53,135 nucleotides of DNA from Chiloscyllium plagiosum. Taxonomy: Eukaryota. Positions 24,120 through 36,833 of this stretch are shown here, piece after piece. Every line of letters begins with the position of its first letter. Within the stretch, counting starts at the first letter, position 1. Location of the stretch: positions 99,728,730 through 99,781,864 of the forward strand of contig NC_057718.1 of assembly GCF_004010195.1 (NCBI RefSeq), in the 5' to 3' direction. Below the pieces are notes generated by a model that made no database searches, was not told the DNA's origin, and saw only the letters and a program-made list of their open reading frames with translations. Position numbers and translations under genes: made by a program.

Positions 24120-25500
24120 AATTACCGCGAAAGGAACTCTATAGCCTTCTGGACTCAATATCAAGTTCATCAATTCCAGGGCTGGAGCTTCTCCCATGTC
24201 CTTACACTAGCCCCCGCACCCCAGGCCTTGTTATCTCATTGTCTGTCTTTACAAAGCACCCATTATTAGCCACTAACAATCCTCGTTAAGAGCTATTCAT
24301 TAATTCATCCAGTGCTCCTGCTGTGGTCTTCTCTACATTGGTGAGACCCAGCATGGAGTAGGTAACCATTTTGCTGAGCATCGTTGCAAGGCCCTAACTG
24401 GTCAGCCTGATCTCCCGGACATCCGCCCATTTCGATTCCCTTTTCTGACAAGTCCAACCTCAGTTTCCACCATTGCCATAGTGCATCAGACCACATATTG
24501 GAAGAACAACACCTCATCTTCCGCCTGGGCAGCCTATAGCCCAGAGGACTCGACACTGAGTTCTCCAATTTCAAATAACCTTCCCACCCATTCTCCGGCT
24601 CCCTTCCCAGCCCCATCTCCTCCCTTCCATTGCACCTCCTGCCTCACGAGGTTCACTATCTCCCCACCACCAATCTCATCATCTCCTCTCCACCTCCTTG
24701 ACCTGTCCGTCTTCCTTCCCACCTCTCCGCTCCACATTTCCCACTGACTATCACGATAACCCTCCACCTATTGCTATCCCAACTACCTTTCCCCCAGCCC
24801 AACTCCACTCTCTATATTTATTTCTGATTTGGAGATGCTGGTGTTGGACTGGGGTGGACAAAGTTAAAAATCACCCACCACCAGGTTATAGTCCAACAGG
24901 TTTATTTGGAAACACTAGCTTTCAGAGTGCTGCTCCTTCATCAGGTAGCTATGTCATAAGACACAGAATTTATAGAAAAGATTTATAGCAAAATTCTGTG
25001 TCTTATGATCCTGCTCCACAGCTGCCTGATGAAGGAGCAGCGCTCTGAAAGCTAGTGCTTCCAAACAAACCTGTTGGACTATAACCTGGTGTGGTGTGAT
25101 TTGTAACTGAGTCCACAGTTTGCGCAAATTATTTCTTGAGCTCTCTTCCTCCTCCCCCATCCTGATGAAAGGTCTTGATCCGAAACATAGATTTCTCCAC
25201 TTCCCTGATGTTGCTTGGCTTTCTGGGTGCTTCCAATCTTCGGTTTGTCTATATTGATTCTCCCAGTCTGATCGGTACCCACTCCTTTGACTGTCCAACT
25301 GTTCTTCTCTCTCTCTGGGCTTCATCCCCTCCCATCACTTACTCCTTACCCCTCTCTCCTCACCCTGTCTTCTGCATATAAGCCGACATTTTCCTGGCTA
25401 CCATCAATTCTGAAGAGGGGTCACTAGACCTGAACCGTTAACTCTGATTTCTCTCCACAGACCTGCTCAGCTTTTCCTGCAATTCTTGTTTTTTTTTGTT
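24120..25500 (+). mobile_element. Nested PLE 3' fragments, including a hairpin element at 24829-25110
   Basis: LYIGET...F.EH...LEEQHLIFRLGSL.P.GL..EFSNF, plus several hammerhead-like termini. Confidence 0.8.
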
Positions 25501-25619
25501 TACAATCTTAAATTGATGGCGGGTCTGGAAAGGTGGTTGGTTTGGCTCCAACTGAAGGCGTTGTGAACGCTGCACTCAGGGGGTTAGTGAACGAGATTGA
25601 CTCGGATGGTGAAGGGGGC

Positions 25620-27150
25620 TGAGAAACTGCATGGAGAAGATTGTCCAGGGGGTTGACAGGGTCAATGCTGAGAGGATGTTTCCCCCTCATGGGAGAGTCC
25701 AGGACCAGAGGGTATAGTCTCAGAATAAAGGGGCACCAATTTCAGACTGAGATGGGCAGGAATTCCTTCTCTCGGAGGGTTGAGAGTCTTTGGAACTCCT
25801 TGCCACGGAGGCTGAGGTAAGGTTATAGAGACAGAGAATGTTGGATCAGCCATGATCCTATTGAATGGTTGAGCAAACTCAAGGGCTGAATGGCCTCCTC
25901 CTGATCATAATTCTGATGGCCATATGGTTGTCTTCCTCACAGCACAGAAGATTTGAGGAGATTTGGTAGAGGTACTCAACATTATTAATGTCTTTATTAG
26001 AGTCAGAGAGATGTACAGCACGGAAACAGACCCTTCGGTTCAACCAGTCCATGCCAACCAGATATCCTACATTAATTTCATCCCATTTGCCAGCATTTGG
26101 TCCCTATTGCTCTCAACCCTTTCTATTCATATACCCATCCAGATGCCTTGTAAATGATGTAGTTGTACCACCCTCCACCACTTCCTCTCATTTCATACAC
26201 GCACCACCCTCTGCGTGAATAGGTTGCCCCTTAGGTCCCTTTTAAATCTTGCCCCTCTCACTTTAAACCTATGCTGTCTAGTTTTAGATTCCCCCACCCC
26301 AGGGAAAAGACTTTGTCTGTTTATCCTATCCATGTTCCTCATGATTTTATAAACCTCTGTAAGGTCACCCCTCAGCCGCCAACACTCCAGGGAAAACAAT
26401 ACCAGCCTATTCAGTGTCTCCCTCGAGTGGCAGAGGGATTGGTAACTAGGCAACAAAAATTTAAGACCATAAGGCATAGGAGCAGAACCAGGCCATTCAG
26501 CCCATCGAGATGGTGGCTGGTCTGATAACGCTCAACTCCAATTTCCTGCTTTTCCCCCAGAACACTTCATTCTCTTACTGATTACAAATCGGTCTCTCCG
26601 TCTCAGCCTTGAATATACTCAGTGATCCAATCTCAACAGCCCTCTGTGGTAAAGAATTCACTCCCCTCTGAGAGAGGGAGTTCCTCCTCATCTCTGTCTT
26701 AAATGGATGCTCCCTTACGAAGGAGATGGACAAGAGAAACAGAAGCGATTGTTTTGTTCCAGACAGTGAGATGTGGTCTGGAACAGTGATCATAGTAGAT
26801 ATAATGTTGACTTTCCAAAGGCATGTCAAATCCTGGGAACACTTGACTGGATGAATGTGAAAAGGATGTTTTCTCTTGCAGAAGAATCTAGAACAGGGGC
26901 CATAGTTTAAAGATAAGGGGAACCCTCTTTTTTAAGACAGAGATAAGAAAACATTATTCTTTCTCAGTCTTTGGAATTCCCTTTCTCAGTTATGGTGGCC
27001 AAATGACCTGTCCCTGTTCTGTATTGTTCTGTGTTCAAAAGGCAGTGAATGTAGAGTCTTTAAATATTTTTAAGGCAGAGACAGATAGATTCATGATTCC
27101 AAAGGGGATGAAAGATTATCCAGGGATGTAAAGTTGAGGTTAAAATTAAG
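25620..27150. mobile_element. Cluster of nested CR1 3' fragments on both strands
   Basis: Several CR1 ORF2 C-terminal and tail pieces, e.g. 25998-26415 (-) RLRGDLTEVYKIMR. Confidence 0.8.
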
Positions 27151-27256
27151 TCAGTCATGACTTTTTTGATTGGTTGTTGGAGAGGGGTTTTAAAGAGGAG
27201 TGAATCCTGTCTTCAGCAGCACAACCTGATCTTCATTTGGAGCTCCTTACCATTAC

Positions 27257-27572
27257 GGGTGGCCCGGTGGCTCAGTGGTTAGCACTGCTGCCTCACAGCA
27301 CCAGGGACCTGGGTTCGATCCCACCCTGGGTGACAGTCTGTGTGGAGCATGCACATTCTCCCTGTGTCTGCGTGGGTTTCCTCCCACTATCCAAAGATGT
27401 GCAGGTCAGGTGAATTGGCCATGGGAAATTGCCCAGAGATATGAAGGCTAGGTGGGTTAGCCATGGAAAATACAGGGTGAGTCTGAGAGGGATGAGGTCT
27501 GGAGGGTTGGTGCAGACTAGATGGACTGAATGGCCTCTTACTGCCCTGTAGGAATTTTATAATTCTCTGATT
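27257..27572 (+). mobile_element. HE1-type V-SINE
   Basis: Head, V-domain and tail all present. Confidence 0.88.
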
Positions 27573-27719
27573 CCTGCAAACTCTGGAGGGCACAGATCTT
27601 GTCTCAAACAACAGCTACAACAAAGGTTGCTGGCAGCATCTATGAAGAGAAATCAGAGTGAATGATTCGAGTCCAGTGACCCTTCCTCAGGACTGATACA
27701 TGTCTCCATCTCTGCACAG

Positions 27720-27791
27720 AGGACAATCCCGTCAGTGCCGGGGTCACCCTGCTGCTGCTGTTCACAGATGTGAAAATAGGAATGATCTGTC
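27720..27791 (+). CDS. Unnamed gene, exon J (72-nt symmetric exon, possibly skippable)
   Basis: Acceptor tgtctccatctctgcacag, donor GTC|gtgagg, phase 2 to 2. GQSRQCRGHPAAAVHRCENRNDL(S). Confidence 0.55.
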
Positions 27792-27989
27792 GTGAGGTGA
27801 CTGGTCTCTGGCAGATCACTGAACAATTTACCTCACTGTAGAACTGTTGAGCAGAGCCATCTGGTGTACAGCCTGAACATTTTGTTCATTTGTACACTCA
27901 TGTATCTGTGCAGCAATGATGTGATAGAGCGAGACTTCTAGTTTGGAAAATTTCGGCAATCGCTTCTTCTATAACGAACCGATGATCAT

Positions 27990-28800
27990 TATCAGTCATG
28001 GCATAGATTATGAGTGCAGGGAAATCCTGTTGAAACTGTACAGAACTTTTCTTCAGCCACATATGGAGTACTATGTGCAGTTCTGGTCCCTACACTATTG
28101 GAAGCGTGTGATTGCACTGGAGGGGGTGTGGAGGGGATATTGCCTGGGATGGAGCGTTTCAGTGATGAGGAGAGAATGGATAAGGTCAGGTTGTTTTCTT
28201 TGAACAGAGAAGGTTGTGTGGGGAGTCCTGATGGAGGTGTTTAAATTGATGGGGGAGGGGCATGGACAGGGTGGATAGGAAGCAGCTGTTCCTCTCATAT
28301 GAAGGGTCAGTAATAAGGGGGGCATAAAATGGAAGGCAGGAGGTTTAGAGGTGATTAGAGGGAAGATCTTTTCACCCAGAGGGTGGTGAGGGTCTGGAAT
28401 GCGCTGCCTGGGTGGGGAGATGAGGCAGGGAACTTCACAACCTTTAAAAGGTAATTGGATGAGCCACTTGAAATGTCATAACGTTCCAGGATGTGGGGCT
28501 AAAGTGGGAAAGTGGGACATGTTGAAATAGTGGTGTACCTTCGGTAGTACAGACATGACAAGCTGAAAGGCCTCTGCTATTCTATATGATCGCATTATTC
28601 AACAATTTTGAATTTAATTTTAAATCACTTTTTTCAAGACAGAGGTAGACAGGTTCTTGGTTGGTAAGGGGGTCAAGGGTCAATGGGAGAAAGCAGGAGA
28701 ACAGGGTGGGGGCTGAGAAACATTTCAGCCATGATCGATTGGCTGAACAGACTCGATGGACTGAATGGCCTAATTCTGCTCCTATACCTTAAGGTCTGAT
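27990..28800 (+). mobile_element. CR1 LINE 3' fragments
   Basis: LLKLYRTFLQPHMEYYVQFWS...EERMDKVRLFSL. Confidence 0.8.
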
Positions 28801-29108
28801 GGTCTATGTGAAAATGTAAGGGTAAATCCTAAGTATTAGAGTCAATAAATTCATGCTATAATTTGTCATCGACTGTGCAATGGAATTATGATATATATTG
28901 TCCATTGATGCACTGAATTCCAATGTTTCAAGATTAAATCTCAGGTTCCATGAATGCACATTGGAAAGTAGTAGGCCATTCAGCCCACAGGAAGGATGTG
29001 ATCCTGAATCAATAAAATGAGGCAGCTATCCTCATCCGCCTTGTGAAGGGATTGAGCAAGCTGGACATATTAATTCAAATAAGATGGTTACGATGAAACT
29101 GTCGGCAC

Positions 29109-29412
29109 GTGGTGGCACAGTGGTTAGCACTGCAGCCTCACAGCACCAGTGTCCCCGGTTCGATTCCAGACTCAGTCTGTGTGGAGTTTGCTCATTCTCC
29201 CTGTGTCTGTGCGGGTTTCCTCCAGGTGCTCCGGTTTCCTCCCACAGTCCAAAGATGTGCAGGTCAGGTGAATTGGCTGTGCTAAATTGCCCATACTGCT
29301 AGGTTGCACTAGTCAGAGGGAAATGGGTCTGGGTGGGTTACTCTGCGGAGGGTGGGTGTGGACTGTTTGGGCCGAAGGGCCTGTTTCCACACTGGAGGGA
29401 GTCTAAAAAAAA
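29109..29412 (+). mobile_element. HE1-type V-SINE
   Basis: Head, V-domain and tail ending in an A-run. Confidence 0.88.
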
Positions 29413-31094
29413 ATCCGTTTTGCTCATAGTGAAAACAACTCAATCACTTCAATAAGAAAAGTGAAGGACAAGTTTTGCACAGGAACCTCAAAGATTGCAG
29501 TACTGTATCAATAATGGCATTTGGGTGGAGTCTTTAAAATATCCCACGACATTTTGCAAGAATCTCATCAAACAGAGCTTGACTACAATATAACAATATG
29601 GAGGTGCTGGTGTTGGACTGGGGTGGGCAAAGTTAAAAATCACATGACACCAGGCTATAGTCCAACAGGTTTATTTGGAAGCACTAGCTTTCAGAGCGCT
29701 GCTCCTTCATCAGGGTAGTAATGATGAAGGAGCAGTGCTCTAAAGCTTGTACGTTCAGGATGTAAAGGATATAAAGGAGGAAAGAGAGGAGAAGAGGTTT
29801 AAGGATGGAATTCTAGAACTCTGGGCCCTGGCAGCTGCATGTCAGTGGGATGTTGGTGTTGGGAATCTGGGATCCTCAAGAGGCTAGATTTGGAAAGATC
29901 TCAGAGCCAAAATGAAATAAATAGACTTGTATACTTCAAAGTGGCTGGCCAGTTACGCCAACGCATCTCCTTTACCAGTCTTCAGTGTCTTTACCTTTTG
30001 AGAGGGTTGTAAGAATCTGAAAATGAAAGTACATTATTATCAGGAGCTACAGTAGGTCAGTGAGGATGCGTGATAAATGAAAGGATAAATGTGTGTGGGT
30101 TAGTACACAGACTGTAGAGTTTGGAACTCCCAGACAGCAGAATGTCAGAGGTCAGCTTTTAGATGTGCTAACTTTTTTCGATTTATTATTGTCACATGTG
30201 CCTAAGTCGAAGAGTGCGGTGCTGGAAAAGCACAGCTAGTCAGGCAGCATCCGAGGAGCAGGAGGGTCAACGTTTCAGACATGAGCCCTTACCTAAGCAT
30301 GGTAAAAAATTCTGTTTTCACGTGCAGTACAGGTGGACCATACCTACAATGTTAAGCTGCAGAGAAGATGCACAAAAAGCAAGATCAACATTAGATTTGA
30401 GAGGTCCATTCAGAAGTCTAATAACAGCAGGGAAGAAGCTGTTCTTGAACCTGGTCTTGGTCAAATTCTGGAACTCCCTCCCTAACAGCCCTGCAGATGT
30501 ACCCAGAACCATGGACTATGGCAGCTCAAGATGACAGCTCACTACCACCTCCTTGAGGACAATCAGGGTTGGGCAAGTTTCTGGCTTTGCCAGCAATGCT
30601 CACAGCCCATGAGTGAGTAAAAAAATAATGAATTGGTTACTCTGATAGACAAACAAATGAATCCAGAAATGACAAAAGGAAATAAGGATTATTATTACTG
30701 AAAATTTCTCTGACATGATGCATTTCAGTGATAATGTTTCATTCTATTAATGTCTTTCTTTCTGTGGTAGTAATAACTCCGTACGTGCACAAAGAATGGC
30801 CTAGCTGGAGTACATTAACCCAAATGCCTTTATAGAAACGACTTGGCTCATTTGAATCCTGGACTGACCTTGGTCATCTGAAGGGGGTTTGGGGAGTGGG
30901 GTGGGGTGGAGGAGGGGGAGTGTGGGGTGGTAGTCTAAGAGGAATTTTCCAGAACAGTTGGACCCTGCAATTTCTGCTTTGCCTTCCCCAGGAGCCTATC
31001 TAACTGAGGTTTGGTAAGAGACACGGGTTGAAAATGTATTGAAGAGGTGTTCAGGCATGCTATCCAGCCGTGATGGACAGGTGATGGACAGGTT

Positions 31095-31605
31095 CTAGAG
31101 TCACACAGCACAGAAAAGAGTCCCGTTTGTCTGCATTTAGCGAATCCCTCTAAACCTTTCCTATCCATGAAGCTGTTCAAATGTCTTTTAAATGTTGTAT
31201 GTGTACCCGTCTCTACCACTTCCTCTCGCAGCTTGTTGCATGTACACACCCCACACTGAGTGAAAAAGTTGTCCCTCAGGTCTCTCTTAAATCTGTCCCC
31301 TCTCCCCTTAAACCTATGCCCTCTAGTTTTGGACACCCCCCCCCAATCGCGGGGAAAAGACCTTTGCTACTCACCTTTACTCTGCCTCTCGTGATTTTAT
31401 AAACTTCTATAAGGTCACCTCTCAGTTTCGATGCTCCAGGGAGAAAATGCCAAGACACTAATAAATCAAACCTTCCGGTCTCAGTATCACACTTTGTTGC
31501 ACCCTTTTCCAGTTTAATAACATCCTTCCCAAAGCAGGGTGACCAGAATTGTACGCAGTACTCCAAGTGTGACCTTATCAATGTATTGTACAGTCGTAAC
31601 ATGAC
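31095..31605 (-). mobile_element. CR1 LINE 3' fragment
   Basis: LRLYNTLIRSHLEYCVQFWSP...LRGDLIEVYKI. Confidence 0.85.
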
Positions 31606-31859
31606 GTACTTTGATGCACCAACTGAGTTTGATCTGATTGCCACAATGTTGTAACAAATACAAACATCCTACTTCATTTAAATATACGCCTGACTGGTAT
31701 TGAAAGGGTTAGTATGAACACCATGTTGACCAAGAGCGATTTCAAGTGAATAAATAAAACAAGAAACCACTAAGTTTGCTTAAATTTGAGCACAGTTGGA
31801 GGATCTCAGTAAGTTGGAACTAAATGAATGTTTTGTCTCTCTTTGCCTGGGTGCTGTAG

Positions 31860-31989
31860 CTGCTTTGACAAAGGGCTCCTTGAACAAATGAAACAAGACT
31901 ATCAGATTCTGAAGGAAAAAGTCTTTACCTTCTATCGAACACAGGAACAGACAAAATGGAAGAACGTTCAGGAGTACCTGAGAACAAAG
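31860..31989 (+). CDS. Unnamed gene, exon K (helical)
   Basis: Acceptor ttttgtctctctttgcctgggtgctgtag, donor AAG|gtatac, phase 2 to 0. CFDKGLLEQMKQDYQILKEKVFTFYRTQEQTKWKNVQEYLRTK. Confidence 0.8.
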
Positions 31990-32171
31990 GTATACCCTGA
32001 ATACCTCACTGTTTCTGTAACAATGATCTGAAGAAATTAGGCCTTTGAATATAACTAGATTATCTCCTTGCGAAGTGTTTTATGATTGATGGTAAATTGA
32101 AAGGCTCTTGTATCATTTCCCCAAAGCCTCACACACAGTAAGAATGCTTTGTATCATGTGTATGTTCGCAG

Positions 32172-32353
32172 GCAGTCGGCAAGCTGCAGTCGATGACGTT
32201 GTCACAGCTCATTGTACCCCATTCAATGGCACTGCTGGTGAGGGTGCAGCTGACAGTAAGGCCTGGTCACTGTGGAGTCACCGTGAGATGGTGTGTAGGC
32301 CAAGGGCTGCAGGTTGTGACAGCAGAGAGTTCACATCTACAACCCAATGACAG
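32172..32353 (+). CDS. Unnamed gene, exon L (PDZ-like N-half)
   Basis: Acceptor tgtatgttcgcag, donor CAG|gtaaag, phase 0 to 2. AVGKLQSMTLSQLIVPHSMALLVRVQLTVRPGHCGVTVRWCVGQGLQVVTAESSHLQPND(R). Confidence 0.8.
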
Positions 32354-32544
32354 GTAAAGGTATAACTGCCATTCAGAAAGTGAAACGCAAGGTGGCGTAG
32401 CAGCATTGGGGGTGAAATACTCATGGTTGGGAGCATCAGCAACAGATGAGTATGTGCTCCTATTTGTCTTTCAGGGGATGTAGGCACCGTTGGCAAGACC
32501 TGCCATCGGTGCCCAGTGTTAAGTCCTGAAGGCTGTGAAGTTAC

Positions 32545-33090
32545 ATAGAGTTGTATGGCGCGGAAACAGACCCTTCAGTCCAACTTGTTCTAGCAAACTA
32601 GATATCCTAACCCAATCTAGTCCCATTTGCCAGCACTTGGCCCATATCAACCCATCCAGATGCCTTTTAAATGCTGTCATTGTACCAGCCTCCACCACTT
32701 GGTCTGGCAGCTCATTCCATACACACACCACCCTCTGCATGAAAATGTTGTCCCTTAGGTCCCTTTTATATCTTTCCCCTCTCACTCTAAACCTATGCCC
32801 TCTAGTTCTGGACTCCCCGACCCCAGGAAAAAGACTTTGTCTATTTACTCTATCCATGCCCCTCATGATTTATAAATCTCTATAAGGTCACCCATAGGAA
32901 GGAGACCAGAATTGCACACAATATTCCAACAGTGACCTAACCAATGTCCTGTACAGCCACTACATGACCTCCCAACTCCTGTACTCAATACTTTGACCAA
33001 TAAAGGAAAGCATCCTATCTACCTGCGACTCCACTTTCAAGGAGCTATGAACCTGCACTCCAAGGTCTCTTTGTTCAGCAACACTCCCCG
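32545..33090 (-). mobile_element. CR1 LINE 3' fragment
   Basis: MRGMDRVNRQSLFPGVGESRTRGHRFRVRG...WNELP. Confidence 0.88.
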
Positions 33091-34344
33091 GGATGTTACC
33101 TTCCTAACTGAAAAAGGAAAATGCTGTTCCCTAGTTTTCCAAAGACTTTGGAAAGGAAAGGGGCCTTTGAGATTGAGTGAAACATTACAAGAACCAAGTG
33201 TTCGAGAGTAGGATTTTGGAAAGGGAGGATTCAAATGTGAGGGGAAATTAATGTTGTTGGCTTGAATGGAAAATCAAATAGGGAGTGGACTGATCAACAG
33301 TTTAGGCTGAATGGAGTCAAGGGAGGTATAGATGAGTCTGATAGACAAGGTGATCAGGAGAGTTTGACAAAAAAGTTAAATCACATCTGCATTGGCTCAA
33401 AGAAGCTCAAGTCTCCAACATTAACAGTAACCCGTCTTCATCAATAACAACAGAAAGCACTGGAGAAACTCAACAGGTTCAGCAACATTTATGGGGAGAG
33501 AAGCAGAGTTAACATTTTGACATTCCTCAGGAAGTTCATTCCACACATGAACCACACCCTGCGTTCTGAAGAACATTCATATCAGATTTAAAGTGCTCTG
33601 CTTCTCTCCCCATAAATGTTGCTGGACCTGTTGAGTTTCTCCAGTGCTTTTTGTTGTTATCGATGAAGACGAGTTATTGCTAATGTTGGAGACTTGAGAC
33701 TCCTGACCCTCATTTCTGAAGAAGGGCTTTTGCCCATAACGTCAATTCTCCTGCTCCTCGGATGCTGCCTGACCTGCTCTGCTTTTCCAGCATCATTCTC
33801 TTGACTGTTGGACCGACAGGTCTCTTTCCATGCTGTATGGCTGGAATATGGGGTTTTTATGCTGTTGACAGAAGAGGGTGAGGGTGCTCAGAGCAAAAGA
33901 CAAACAGATTAAAAGACTAATAGTAGTTAAGCAGATATAGAGATGTTAAGTAGGTGCCAATAAAAGTTATGCAAAGGAGAAAATAGGTTCACTCGACCTT
34001 AATTGGATTGGGGCAAGAGGCAATTGAATGGCATTGCCAGTATGCTCACTGCACCTCTACCTTACTGAGCAGCTCACTGTCCTTCTGAAGCTTGGTCAGG
34101 ATATGCCCAAGGTATGTCTGGTTTGGACCTACTATCTCATTCAGCTTTAAACTCATTTATCGTAAAACATTCTGACTTTTCCTCATGAGGTAATCATGTA
34201 AATTCCCCACTCATGTTGTGTCAGGAAGATATTAGCTGTGAAGAAAGTTTTTTGGCTTACAGTGAATTCATCAATTTGCTGTTTAGCTTTTGGAAAAGGT
34301 TCACCTGAAATTATAACCCTGCTCTTTCATAAGACTATAACATT

Positions 34345-35340
34345 AAAAAGAATAATCCTTTATCCCCTTACTAATCAAGAACCTATCCATCTCTGTCTTA
34401 ATTGGAATACTGAATACAGTTCTGGTCACCACATTACCTAAAAGGATGTGGATGCTTTGGAGAGGGTGCAGAGGAGGTTCACTAGGATGTTGTCTGGTAT
34501 GAAGGTGCTAGCTATGAAGAGATGTTGAATAGTTTAGGATTATTTTCATTAGAAAGGCAGAGGTTGAGGGGGGAACCTGATTGAGGTCTGCAAAATCATG
34601 AGAGGTATAGACAAGGTGGATAGCAAGAAGCTTTTTCCCCAGAGTGGGGGACTCAATTACTCGGGATCACAAGGTCAAGGTGAGTGGGGAAAGGTTTTGG
34701 GGAGATATGTGTGGAAAGTTCTTTATGCAGAGGGTGGTGAGTTCCTGGAACATGTTGCCAGCGGAGGTGGTAGAGGCAGGCACGATAGTGACATTTAAGA
34801 TGTATCTAGACAGATACGTGAACGGCCATGGAGCAGAGGGATACAGACCATTAGGAAATAGTTGACAGGTTTAGATAGAGGATCTGGATCAGTGCAGGCT
34901 TGCAGGGCTGAAGGGCCTGTTCCTGTGCTGTACTTTTCTTTGTTCAATGATTTGGGCTCCACAGCCCTCTGCTACAATAGGTTCTGTAGATTCACCACCC
35001 CCTGGCTGAAGATATTCCTGATCTCAGGGCTGTCCCTTCACTCTTGAGGCTGTGCCCTCCCCATAAGAGGAAATATCTCCTCCACCTCCACTCTCTCCAG
35101 GCCTCTCAGTGTTCTGCATGTTTCAATCAGATTCCCTTCATCCTAAACGCCAGCGTCCTCAACCGCTCCTCATATGACAAGCCCTTCATCCCTGGAATCG
35201 TTCTTGTAAACCTCTCCATCAACACCAGCACATCCTTACTTAGGTATAGGGCCCAAAACTGCTCACAATATTCCAAATGCGGTCTGACCAGAGTGTTATA
35301 CAGCCTCGGCAAAACATTTCTGTTCTTGTATTTCACTTCT
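34345..35340. mobile_element. CR1 (+, ~34400-34945) nested in a CR1 (-)
   Basis: + strand MRGIDKVDSKKLFP...; - strand LYNTLVRPHLEYCEQFWA...LSYEERLRTL. Confidence 0.8.
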
Positions 35341-36044
35341 TGAATAAAAGCAGCTTCACTTCTTATCAATATGATCCCAGATAATCCCTAACAGCAGCCT
35401 ATCAGATTGTTTGAATGTTAAACAACAAGACCCCCGCCTCGTCATGGCAACATGGAACTTTCACTGAGCTCAATGCCTCTTGATCATGTGCCTTTACCAA
35501 CTGCAGAAAAGTAGGCTTATGAAATTTCAAGAACAGCAAAAAAAATAGAGCAGCGCAACATCTGCACTTCCACATGTTTCTACATTACTATAATTTATCT
35601 GACCTTTTCTCAATACAGCTGAGTTTTCATACAGTCTTCCACCTACTAGAATGCTGTTCTGAGACATCTCCAAGCACCCAACCTGAAAAGTAATTTCAAA
35701 AAGCCAGGACATTGCCCAAAACCTTCCAAACCCACCACCACTTCCACCCAGAAGGACAAGGGCAGCAGATACATGGGAACACCACCACCTTAAAGTTCCC
35801 CTCCAAGCCACTCACCATCCTGACTTGGAAACATATGCCGTTCCTTCACTGTTGCTGGGTTAAAATCCTGGAATTCCCTCCCCAAGGGCATTGTGGGTCA
35901 ACCCACAGCACATGGGCTGCAGCGGTTCAAGGCGGCAGCTCACCCCCACCTTCTCAAGGGGCAACTAGGGTCAGGCAATAAATGCTGGGCCCAACTACTG
36001 ACGCCCATATCCTACAAAATGGATTAATGAAAAGCAGCAAAACA

Positions 36045-36395
36045 GAGTGTACTCAGGAGTACAGCATTAGTGTGCCTTACAGATGAGACATTAAACCCAG
36101 AGCATGCCTGCCTTCTCAGCTGGATGTAAGAGGTTGCATGGTGTCATTTCTAAGACAAGCAGGGGAGATTTCCATCATGCTCTGACCAAAATTTATCCTT
36201 CAACTAACATGACTCAAACATGAAAATCAATTTGTCTGGGATGTTGCTGTTTGTGTGACCCAGCTGCATGCAAATTTCCCTTGGACTTCGACTGCCCCGT
36301 TTCCCACATTACAAACAGTCTCGCCAATCCAGATGGACTTAATTGCCTATAGAGTGCTTTGGACGTTCTGAGGTAGTGAGAAGTGCAAGTCTTTC
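36045..36395 (+). mobile_element. Degenerate Deu-domain SINE (SacSINE1/AmnSINE1-like)
   Basis: cagatgagacattaaacc...ggatgtaa...gcaggggag...tttatccttcaa resembles the Deu domain as recalled. Confidence 0.6.
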
Positions 36396-36706
36396 TTACA
36401 TCAATCACCACAGACCCAATGGTTTCAAGCACAACAGTGTCGCTCCAGGGAACAAGGAGCAGTTCCTTTAAGGTCTGCTTTCCCCGTGAGGGCCCAGAAA
36501 CCTTTCCTGATTGTGAACATCAGGAAGCTGGGTCCTATAGGGGGGTGTATGGCCATTGTATAATCCCACCCAAAAGTCCTTAACCCAGTGAAATTGTCAT
36601 GTGGATGTTTGGAACTCCAAAATGTATCATGACAGTGTGCTCAGCAGCTGTAATTCCAAAGCAGTGTTGCCAGTAATTAATGTGCTTGCTTCCTGCTTTC
36701 TTGCAG

Positions 36707-36833
36707 ACTTGTGGAAGTGAATGGGATCTGTGTACTGGATGCTTCAGAGGAAGAGCTGATGGAATTACTGACAGCACCAAGTGCAGAAATTCTGGTACTG
36801 AGAGATCTTGCTCCCTCTGCCCCAGAACCTTAA
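36707..36833 (+). CDS. Unnamed gene, terminal coding exon M (PDZ-like C-half, stop TAA)
   Basis: Acceptor cttcctgctttcttgcag. (R)LVEVNGICVLDASEEELMELLTAPSAEILVLRDLAPSAPEP*. Splicing to exon L creates the PDZ signature LQPNDRLVEVNG. Confidence 0.85.

Noticed and set aside
30882..30931. G-run tracts with G-quadruplex potential (also 1215-1262 and 18663-18710)
   Set aside because: Low-complexity intronic sequence with no supporting evidence of function.
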